From positions 4,530 through 68,529 of the forward strand of contig CAKZRP010000068.1 of NCBI GenBank assembly GCA_937146765.1: a DNA stretch of 64,000 nucleotides. Direction: 5' to 3'. The stretch comes from an uncultured Rhodobacteraceae bacterium (lineage in GTDB: Bacteria; Pseudomonadota; Alphaproteobacteria; Rhodobacterales; Rhodobacteraceae). Both the position numbers and the translations under genes were made by a program. Numbering within the stretch: the first letter of the stretch is position 1; each line of letters opens with the position of its first letter. The notes under the pieces are model-generated. The model did no database searches. It was not told the origin of the DNA and worked only from the letters and a program-made list of their open reading frames with translations. Shown here in pieces: positions 45,989 through 53,282 of this stretch.

Positions 45989-47452
45989 TCAGCGCATGAG
46001 GCCGCCGCTCCCTGCGGCAACCTCACGCAGCTGACTGTCCACCGTGGCCTCGGTGCCCATGCCGTAGAGCGCCCAGCCGATGCTGTCCGAGCGCAGCACG
46101 GCGGCCTCGCGCGAGAGGCCGCGCAGATCGGCGAGATGGGATTTCAGCATCAGCAAGGTCGACAGCAGGGCGGCGTTCTGCCCGGTTTCCGCCGCAGGGA
46201 TGGCGCGGGCCAGAAGCGCCTCGGCCCGGTCGAGGTCCCCTGCGGTCAGCGCGGCGGCGGCAAGGCGCGACTGGATCAGCGCCCGGTGACCGGCAAGGTC
46301 GCGGCCTGCGCCGAGATAGGACAGCGCGGTGCGGAAATGGGCCTGGGCAAGGGCGGGATTGCCCGCCTGCTGCGCGCGCCCGAGGAGGAAATGGCCAAAG
46401 GCGCGGCGGTGATCCTTCCAGCCTTCGTCGCGGGCGATGCGGGCGGCGGCATGGGCGGCGCGCAGCCTCTCGCTGTCGTTGGCGGTGGGGCCGAGCGCGG
46501 TCTCCACCGCCTTGATCCAGGCGCGCGGGGTCTCGGGCAGGGGCGCGGGTGTGCGCCCCTCGCCACCTGGGTTGAGTCGGGCCAGCAGGGCGGGCAGGCG
46601 GGCGGCCACCTCGGCGCGGCTCAGGCCGGTGCGCAGGGCAGGATCATAGGTGGCACGCAGGATCAACATATCAAAGCCGGTGAGCACCGCATGGACATTG
46701 TCGTCGTTGAAGACCGAGTCGGGCAGGCGGTAGAGGTCGTTCAGCGGCCCAAGCGCCTGCGCCAGTTCCTCGTGCAAACAGTCGCGCAGTTCCTGTGGGC
46801 TGACGTCATTGGGCACGAAGATCGCCAGCCGGTCGCGGCTGCGCAGCGCCTTCCAGTCGGTCTGGGCGGCGTTGCGGTTGTGGCGGTATTCTTCAAGAGA
46901 GCTGACATTGGGCACCACGAAACAGGCGGCCTGCGGCAGCACGCGCTGGATGCGGTCGCGGCTCACCGCCTCGATGGTGATGGCGCCGGGGGTGCCGGTG
47001 GCGGCAAGGCGGATGTCGATCCCCGCCTCGCCGCGCAGCCGTGCCAGCAGCGATTCGAGATCCGGGCGCAGGGTCGGGGTTACCGCCCCGGTGAGCGCCA
47101 CGGTCACTGGGGTTTCGAACCGGGTCAGCACCGGCAGGGTGCTGCCGCCCTCCATGCGGAAATGCAGGTCGAGGAAATCGCGCGCGATATCGGCATTGGC
47201 GCGCAGCGGCGGGGCGGCGGGGCGGGTCGGGAAGGTTCGGATCGGCGGCAGGGCTACCGTCACCGTGGCGGCGGCGCGCGAGGGCGGCGGACTCGACGGG
47301 CTGCACCCGGCAAGCAGGAGGGCCATCACCAGAGCCATCACTGAGGCCAATACAGGGGCAAGCCAGAGGGCGACCGGCCGGGGGGCGGGGGCAGAGGATC
47401 TGACAAACCGGGTCAGGGGCCCGGGCCCAAACGAAAGTGTCTTCAAACGCAC
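45989..47452 (-). CDS. Lipoprotein with DUF2927-like N-domain and helical (TPR-like) C-terminal half
   Basis: Lipobox LLLAGCSPS. The central segment HEELAQALGPLND resembles DUF2927 proteins (from memory). The C-terminal half is Ala/Leu/Arg-rich and helical. Confidence 0.55.
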   Translation of the reverse strand: MRLKTLSFGPGPLTRFVRSSAPAPRPVALWLAPVLASVMALVMALLLAGCSPSSPPPSRAAATVTVALPPIRTFPTRPAAPPLRANADIARDFLDLHFRMEGGSTLPVLTRFETPVTVALTGAVTPTLRPDLESLLARLRGEAGIDIRLAATGTPGAITIEAVSRDRIQRVLPQAACFVVPNVSSLEEYRHNRNAAQTDWKALRSRDRLAIFVPNDVSPQELRDCLHEELAQALGPLNDLYRLPDSVFNDDNVHAVLTGFDMLILRATYDPALRTGLSRAEVAARLPALLARLNPGGEGRTPAPLPETPRAWIKAVETALGPTANDSERLRAAHAAARIARDEGWKDHRRAFGHFLLGRAQQAGNPALAQAHFRTALSYLGAGRDLAGHRALIQSRLAAAALTAGDLDRAEALLARAIPAAETGQNAALLSTLLMLKSHLADLRGLSREAAVLRSDSIGWALYGMGTEATVDSQLREVAAGSGGLMR

Positions 47453-47661
47453 AAGTCCTGCAAACCCGGCCCGGAGGCGGCCGGTGTTTCGCTTCAGAAT
47501 ACTTCAATCAAACGAGCTTGCGGCAAGGTTTTGAACAAATCCTTGCCGCAAGCGGTGTTTCTGCCACGCGGGGCGCGCTGGTCCGGCTCTGCGGGGGCGG
47601 AAATTGCCCCCGGTTCCCCCGCTTCCCCAAGAGTGCCCAGGGCCGGAGCGCAAAAGCCCCT

Positions 47662-48501
47662 TTAGCGGCCGCGGCGGGCCATGAAGGCGAGCCGTTCAAA
47701 CAGATGCACGTCCTGTTCGTTCTTCAGCAGAGCGCCATGCAATTTCGGCAGCGCATTGGCGCCATCGCGTTTCAGATCCTCGGGCGACAGATCCTCGGCC
47801 AGCAGCAGCTTCAGCCAGTCGATCACCTCGGAGGTGGAGGGTTTCTTCTTCAAGCCTTGAGTCTCGCGGATCTCATAGAACTGGGTCAGCGCGGCACTCA
47901 GCAGGTCGGGCTTGATATGGGGGTGATGCACCTCGACGATCTTCTTCATCGTCTCGGCATCGGGAAAGCGGATGTAATGGAAGAAACAGCGGCGCAGAAA
48001 GGCGTCGGGCAGTTCCTTTTCATTGTTGGAAGTGATGATCATCACCGGGCGGTGACGTGCCTTGATGGTCTCGCCCGTCTCGTAGACGTGGAACTCCATC
48101 TTGTCGAGCTCCTGCAACAGGTCGTTGGGGAACTCGATATCCGCCTTGTCGATCTCGTCGATCAGCAGCACCACCTTCTCGTCCGCTTCAAAGGCCTCCC
48201 AGAGCTTGCCTTTCTTGATGTAGTTCTTCACCTCATGCACGCGCTCTTCGCCAAGCTGGCTGTCGCGCAGGCGGGAGACCGCATCGTATTCGTAAAGCCC
48301 TTGCTGGGCGCGGGTTGTGGACTTCACGTTCCACTCGATCATCCGCAGGCCAAGCGCCTCGGCCACCTGTTTGGCGAGCTCGGTCTTGCCGGTGCCGGGC
48401 TCGCCCTTGACGAGCAAAGGACGCTCCAGCGTGACGGCGGCATTGACCGCGATCTTCAGGTCCTCGGTGGCGACATAATCCTTAGTGCCCTGAAACTGCA
48501 T
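47662..48501 (-). CDS. MoxR-family AAA+ ATPase (CoxD-like)
   Basis: Walker A GEPGTGKT, Walker B VVLLIDEIDKA, 279 aa. Confidence 0.9.
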   Translation of the reverse strand: MQFQGTKDYVATEDLKIAVNAAVTLERPLLVKGEPGTGKTELAKQVAEALGLRMIEWNVKSTTRAQQGLYEYDAVSRLRDSQLGEERVHEVKNYIKKGKLWEAFEADEKVVLLIDEIDKADIEFPNDLLQELDKMEFHVYETGETIKARHRPVMIITSNNEKELPDAFLRRCFFHYIRFPDAETMKKIVEVHHPHIKPDLLSAALTQFYEIRETQGLKKKPSTSEVIDWLKLLLAEDLSPEDLKRDGANALPKLHGALLKNEQDVHLFERLAFMARRGR

Positions 48502-48634
48502 GATCTCTCCTCTGGGCCCCGCCCTAATATTGCCGAATTGATATGCCAGGGTCCGGTTTAATCATAGCGCGGCTCTATTGTGTAGTGACATTCGGGACGC
48601 ATGGGATTAAACGCTGCGGCATGGGGGAGCCAAG

Positions 48635-49111
48635 ATGCTTGGAAATGCAGACATGACCAAGACGATGGGCCAGACCGAAGGAGCCGAAATGAAGCAGGAC
48701 GTGTTTCTGCCGGAGGACTATCGCCCGGCCGAGGACGAGCCGTTTATGAATGAACGGCAAATGGAATATTTCCGACGCAAGTTGTTGAATTGGAAGGCCG
48801 AGCTGCTGGACGACAGCCGCGACACAATTGAAGGCCTGCAGGAAAATACCCGCAACATTCCCGATGTCGCCGACCGCGCCAGCGAAGAGACCGACCGGGC
48901 CTTGGAACTGCGCACGCGCGACCGTCAGCGCAAGCTGGTGGCCAAGATCGACGCTGCGATCCGCCGCATCGACGAAGGCGAGTATGGCTATTGCGACGTG
49001 ACCGGCGAGCCGATCTCGCTCAAGCGTCTGGACGCGCGTCCGATCGCCACCATGAGCCTTGAGGCTCAGGAGCGTCACGAGCGCCGCGAGCGGGTGCACC
49101 GCGACGATTGA
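48635..49111 (+). CDS. dksA: RNA-polymerase-binding transcription factor DksA, Cys4 zinc finger degenerate
   Basis: Coiled-coil with a DxxDxA tip (DVADRASEETD) and the C-terminal region YGYCDVTGEPISLKRLDARPIATMSLEAQ. The start is ambiguous among Met codons at 48635-48689. Confidence 0.85.
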   Translation: MLGNADMTKTMGQTEGAEMKQDVFLPEDYRPAEDEPFMNERQMEYFRRKLLNWKAELLDDSRDTIEGLQENTRNIPDVADRASEETDRALELRTRDRQRKLVAKIDAAIRRIDEGEYGYCDVTGEPISLKRLDARPIATMSLEAQERHERRERVHRDD

Positions 49112-49189
49112 GCCGGTGCCGCTGTCATCGCCATTGCGCGGGGCAGCAACCGGGCCGGGAAAAAACTCGGCCCATCCACAAGTTTATGA

Positions 49190-49221
49190 AGCGCCGGGCC
49201 TTTTGCTCCGGCGCTTTTTTG
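49190..49221 (+). terminator. Intrinsic terminator after dksA
   Basis: AGCGCCGG-(10 nt)-CCGGCGCT stem followed by TTTTTTG. Confidence 0.65.
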
Positions 49222-49283
49222 TTATGAGCTTCGGATAAGGGCAGGAACCGGGCTGACAGCACGCAAGGGCAGGCAAGGGGCTG

Positions 49284-50453
49284 ATGAACTTGAAGGATAT
49301 CAGGGTAACGGTGATCGGTGCCGGGATCGGCGGTCTGGCGGTGGCCATGCTGCTGCGGCAGCGTGGCGCGCAGGTGACCGTGCTGGAGCAGGCCGAGGAG
49401 ATCTCCGAGGTAGGCGCCGGCCTGCAGGTCACCCCCAACGGGGTGGCGGTGCTGCGGGCGATGGGGCTGGCCGATGACCTCGCCTGGTGTGCGCAGCGGG
49501 CCCGCGCCGTGGTGCTGCGCCATCACGCCGAGGGGCGCGAGGTGCTGCGGCTCGATCTCGACCAATATGCCCACGACCTGCGCTACTACTTCGTGCATCG
49601 CGCCGATCTGATCGCGCTGCTGGCGGATGCGGTGCGTCGGGCCGGGGCCCAGGTGTTGCTGTTGCAGAAGGTGAGCTCGGTGGTGCGCGGGGCGCGCCCG
49701 GTGGTGCATCTGGCCAATGGCGCCTCCTGCACCGCGGATCTGGTGATCGGTGCCGACGGGCTGCATTCGCGGGTGCGCCCGGCCCTGAACCCGGTCTCGG
49801 CGCCGCGGTTCACCGGCCAGGTGGCCTGGCGGGCGACGGTGCCCAATGTGCTGGACCTGCCGCCGGAGGCGCAGGTCTTCATGGGGCCGGGGCGGCATCT
49901 GGTGGCCTATCCGCTGAAGGACGGCTCGCTGGTCAATCTGGTGGCGGCACAGGAGCGCAAGGGCTGGGCGGAGGAGAGCTGGAGCCTCGGCGACGATCCG
50001 GCCAACCTGCGGCGCGCCTTCCGCCAGTTCGGCGGTGCGGCCCGGACCCTGCTGCAACAGGTCGAGATGGTGAAGCTCTGGGGGCTGTTCCGCCATCCCG
50101 TTGCCCAGACCTGGGGCGGCGACGGTATTGCGCTTTTGGGCGATGCCGCGCATCCGACCCTGCCTTTCATGGCGCAGGGGGCCAATCTGGCACTGGAAGA
50201 TGCCTTTGCCCTGGCCGACAGCCTGGACCGCTGCGGGGACATCGCTGCGGCGCTGCGCGCCTATCAGGACCGTCGCCGCGCCCGCGCGGTGAAGGTGGTG
50301 GAGGCGGCCAATGGCAATGCCTGGAAATACCACCTGCGCGCGCCGCTGAGCTGGCCGGCACATCAGGCGCTGCGGCTTGCCGGCACGCTCGCGCCGGGGC
50401 GCATGGTGCGGCAGTTCGACTGGATCTACAGGCACGACGAAACTGCGCCCTGA
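49284..50453 (+). CDS. FAD-dependent aromatic-ring monooxygenase (salicylate hydroxylase/UbiH-like)
   Basis: VTVIGAGIGGLAVA dinucleotide fold, DLVIGADGLHSRVR, LLGDAAHPTLPFMAQGANLALED. Confidence 0.85.
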   Translation: MNLKDIRVTVIGAGIGGLAVAMLLRQRGAQVTVLEQAEEISEVGAGLQVTPNGVAVLRAMGLADDLAWCAQRARAVVLRHHAEGREVLRLDLDQYAHDLRYYFVHRADLIALLADAVRRAGAQVLLLQKVSSVVRGARPVVHLANGASCTADLVIGADGLHSRVRPALNPVSAPRFTGQVAWRATVPNVLDLPPEAQVFMGPGRHLVAYPLKDGSLVNLVAAQERKGWAEESWSLGDDPANLRRAFRQFGGAARTLLQQVEMVKLWGLFRHPVAQTWGGDGIALLGDAAHPTLPFMAQGANLALEDAFALADSLDRCGDIAAALRAYQDRRRARAVKVVEAANGNAWKYHLRAPLSWPAHQALRLAGTLAPGRMVRQFDWIYRHDETAP

Positions 50454-50498
50454 CGTCGACCGCGCCGTTTGAACGGCTGCCCGGAAGATTGAGAGAGG

Positions 50499-50564
50499 TT
50501 TCGCTTCGGGCCTTGCCCGAAGCGACTGGCGCCGCGCGCGCCCCTGCGGGGCGCGCGCGGCGCC
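50499..50564. terminator. Two perfect GC-rich hairpins between convergent genes
   Basis: TCGCTTCGGG-ccttg-CCCGAAGCGA (50499-50523) and a 17-bp stem GGCGCCGCGCGCGCCCC-tgc-GGGGCGCGCGCGGCGCC (50528-50564). Confidence 0.55.
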
Positions 50565-50615
50565 TCGCTCCCGTGATGGGATCCGGTGAATGAACCCTGG
50601 TGCGGGGGCGCGGGC

Positions 50616-51422
50616 TCAGAGGTCGAGGTCGACCCAGATCGGCACGTGGTCGGAGGGTTTCTCGCGGCCACGGATCTCCTTGTCGATCTGGCAATCGCGC
50701 AGCAGGTCCGCCGCCTGAGGGGTCAGCAGAACATGGTCGATGCGGATGCCGTCATCGCGGTTCCAGGCTCCGGCCTGATAGTCCCAGAAGGTATAGTGCC
50801 CCGGCCCGAGGGTGCGGCTGCGGAAGGCCTCGGTGAAGCCCAGGTTGACGATGCGCTGGAAGGCGGCGCGGCTCTCGGGGCGGTGGAGTGCATCCTCGCG
50901 CCAGGCCTCGGGGCGTTTGGCATCCTCCGCCTGCGGGATGATGTTGTAATCTCCCGCCATCAGCGCCGGCATCTCCTCCGCCAGCAGTTCTGCCGCGCGC
51001 GCCTTCAGGCGTTCCATCCAGGCCAGCTTGTAGGCGTATTTGCCGCCCGCTACCGGCACGCCCGTCTCGGTGAGCTCCACCGGGTTGCCGTTGGGCAGGT
51101 AGAGACCGCAGATGCGCAAGGCCTGCTTGCCCACCACTGTGGCCTCGATCCAGCGGGCCTGTTCGTCGCTGTCGTCGCCAGGCAGGCCGCGGCGCACATC
51201 CTCCAGCGGCAGTTTTGAAAGGATCGCCACCCCGTTGAAGCTCTTCTGGCCGTGGGTCTCCACATTGTAGCCCCGCTCCTCGAAGAGCTCGCGCGGGAAG
51301 GCCTCGTCCACCGACTTGATCTCCTGCAGCACCACCACATCGGGCTGTGCCTCGTCGAGCCAGTCACAGAGCGCGGTGACGCGGGCCTTGATGCCGTTGA
51401 TGTTGAAGCTGGCGATCTTCAT
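50616..51422 (-). CDS. xthA: Exodeoxyribonuclease III
   Basis: MKIASFNINGIKAR, VVVLQEIK and the C-terminal SDHVPIWVDL. The start is taken at the internal Met 51422. Confidence 0.9.
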   Translation of the reverse strand: MKIASFNINGIKARVTALCDWLDEAQPDVVVLQEIKSVDEAFPRELFEERGYNVETHGQKSFNGVAILSKLPLEDVRRGLPGDDSDEQARWIEATVVGKQALRICGLYLPNGNPVELTETGVPVAGGKYAYKLAWMERLKARAAELLAEEMPALMAGDYNIIPQAEDAKRPEAWREDALHRPESRAAFQRIVNLGFTEAFRSRTLGPGHYTFWDYQAGAWNRDDGIRIDHVLLTPQAADLLRDCQIDKEIRGREKPSDHVPIWVDLDL

Positions 51423-51713
51423 GGCGGTCTCCTTCGCGGGGGCTTGGCCGGGGTCTTGCAGGTCTATCGCGCAAAACGCCTGGTGCCGCAAGCCGGGTGG
51501 CCGCGCGGGTGGGGGCGAGGACGCGCGGGAGGGCGAGGCTGGTGGCCACGGAATCCGAAGTTGCCAACCCGCCGCCCTTGGCACGCGGAGCGAGCAGAGA
51601 ATCACCATTCTGCAACCCTCCGGCATCCTTGCAGGGAAGTTATTCAATTCCATAATGGCGCTTTGCAATAATGGATGTGTGAATAAATTTGTGGATTTCC
51701 TGTGGGCAACTTG

Positions 51714-51723
51714 AATTGCAATT
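51714..51723. promoter_or_regulatory. AATTGCAATT palindrome in the AT-rich region upstream of the repeat-peptide ORF
   Basis: Perfect 10-bp palindrome, identical to 13921-13930. It lies about 136 nt upstream of the ATG at 51859, within a strongly AT-rich tract (about 51640-51860). Confidence 0.4.
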
Positions 51724-51858
51724 AAATATCAATTTATTATTAATCAATATTAAGGTAAGGTTTATTGTTTAAATCAGATTGGCGATCACAATTCGCTTGA
51801 ATTATTTTCTGTGGATGGCAGGTTTTGGGTATCGAATTTTTAGACAGGGAGAAATGTC

Positions 51859-52089
51859 ATGGTTGCACTGAAAGAATCCGCCCAGGTTTCCGACGCAAAC
51901 CTTGCGGCTGGCGGCGACGCCTTCGCAGGTGAGCATGTGGGGCTGTTCAGCTCCACCTGTCTTGGCGGCGAACATGCAGGAGAGCAGGTATCTCTTTACA
52001 GTTCCACATGTATTTCTGCGGAACACCGCGATATGCATACCGGTGACGCCACCTTCATGGTTTCGTCGACCTGCCTGAAGGGCCTCTGA
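51859..52089 (+). CDS. 76-aa peptide with three (G/A)EH...(F/Y/V)SSTC(L/I) units; candidate multi-core precursor peptide
   Basis: The sequence is MVALKESAQVSDANLAAGGDAFA-GEHVGLFSSTCLG-GEHAGEQVSLYSSTCIS-AEHRDMHTGDATFMVSSTCLKGL. SD agggag lies 7 nt upstream. The three SSTC motifs use different codons (AGC TCC ACC TGT / AGT TCC ACA TGT / TCG TCG ACC TGC), so the nucleotide differences are synonymous only in this frame. The antisense frame reads TGGA/TCGT/AGRR. Confidence 0.55.
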   Translation: MVALKESAQVSDANLAAGGDAFAGEHVGLFSSTCLGGEHAGEQVSLYSSTCISAEHRDMHTGDATFMVSSTCLKGL

Positions 52090-52127
52090 CATCCGGCTGC
52101 GGCCACGGCTGTCAGGATGCAAAATCA

Positions 52128-52155
52128 CGGGATCCGGATAGGTTTTCGGATCCCG
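52128..52155 (+). promoter_or_regulatory. Perfect 9-bp-stem hairpin between the peptide ORF and the downstream gene
   Basis: CGGGATCCG-gataggtttt-CGGATCCCG, located 39 nt after the peptide stop and 24 nt before the next start. No U-tract follows. Confidence 0.5.
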
Positions 52156-52178
52156 AAATTGGATTTCAAAAAGAGTGA

Positions 52179-53282
52179 ATGGGGGTGAAGTCTCAAATGG
52201 GGCAAGTGCTTTCTTTCGCGGCCGCGCGGCGGCAGGAACCGACCTCCCGCTTTCGGGGATTGATCGAGAGTTTCGGCTCCTGTCGAAAGGACAGGCTGGA
52301 TGTTCTGTGGATGAAAGAAAACGCGGAACTGCTGAATGTTTTTGAAACCTCTGGTTGTAAAATCAGCGAGTCGGAGCTTGATCCGCTGGTGCCCTTTTAC
52401 GAGGGCAGCCTGCGTCATTTGAATTTCTTCCGTCAATACTACAGGTTCATCCTCTCGATCAGCCTTGATCTGGAGGATCTGGGCCTGCCCGGCGACCGGG
52501 GCGAGGTGATGGCGCAGTGGGTGGCGCAACAGGATGTGATCGGCAGTGAGCTGTCGGATCTGCAACGGGCAGAGGGGCGTCGGTTGCTGGCGCGGCGCGG
52601 CGTGTCGATCCCCGCGGGGGCGCGGCATCGAGGGGCGGACGCGGGGTTGGATGACCGCCTGCGGGCCTTTCTGCGCCGCAGTGCGACCTTTGCGGTGCCC
52701 AACCGCAAGGCGGCCTATGAATTGACCCATGTGATCTTCTACCTGACCGAATATGGGCGTCGTCCGTTGTGTCTCGAGGCGGAGGAGCGGCAGAGCCTGA
52801 TGTTTGCCGGTCTGGTGGCCTATCTGGACCAGGACCTCGACCTGCTGGCGGAGATCTGCATTTCCCTGCGCTTCTGTGACGCGCCGGTTCCGGCGAGTTG
52901 GCAAGCCTGGTTGAGCCGTGGGGCCGGAGCGTTTCGGATCATTCCGACGCAGGGGCGGGTGGGGGCCGATGACTACCATCCGTATTTCATGAGCAATTGG
53001 TTTCAACTTCTGGTTGGACGCGAAGCCTTTTCTGGGGCAGACTTGCGCGGGTCAGTTGTGATTGAAGGGCCGCGTGGCCCAGGTGCGTTGAGAGGAGTGT
53101 CCATGGCCCTCTATACCTTGCTGGACCAGATGCCGGGCCACTGGAGCCGGTTGCGCGATCCTCTCTATCTGGCCCTGAGCGAGGAAGACGGCGCGCTTTT
53201 GCATGAGGTCGAGACCAGCACGCCGGTCTTTGAAGCTTTCTTTGAGAATTTTGCCCGGTTTGGCCAGGTGGGCGTCGCATGA
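52179..53282 (+). CDS. 367-aa cytoplasmic protein of unknown family, partner of the repeat peptide
   Basis: Long ORF with SD aagag before the ATG at 52179 (alternative ATG at 52197). No signal peptide or TM. I recognise no domain. It contains ExxH/DxxH-type motifs (YELTHVIFYLTEYG, ADDYHPYF). Confidence 0.65.
   Translation: MGVKSQMGQVLSFAAARRQEPTSRFRGLIESFGSCRKDRLDVLWMKENAELLNVFETSGCKISESELDPLVPFYEGSLRHLNFFRQYYRFILSISLDLEDLGLPGDRGEVMAQWVAQQDVIGSELSDLQRAEGRRLLARRGVSIPAGARHRGADAGLDDRLRAFLRRSATFAVPNRKAAYELTHVIFYLTEYGRRPLCLEAEERQSLMFAGLVAYLDQDLDLLAEICISLRFCDAPVPASWQAWLSRGAGAFRIIPTQGRVGADDYHPYFMSNWFQLLVGREAFSGADLRGSVVIEGPRGPGALRGVSMALYTLLDQMPGHWSRLRDPLYLALSEEDGALLHEVETSTPVFEAFFENFARFGQVGVA

Noticed and set aside
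51859-52089. Alternative reading of the SSTC ORF as a Ser/Thr/Cys-sensing attenuation leader for the DMT exporter
   Set aside because: At 76 codons it is long for a leader peptide. The downstream hairpin lacks a U-tract and I could not find an alternative antiterminator pairing. Starvation-induced read-through also makes little sense for an exporter. I keep it only as a minor alternative.
51802-52128. 108-aa minus-strand ORF overlapping the repeat-peptide ORF
   Set aside because: In this frame the three repeat positions translate to TGGA, TCGT and AGRR, so they are not conserved. The plus frame gives SSTC three times through synonymous codon changes. The minus-strand start is a GTG inside the hairpin with no SD.
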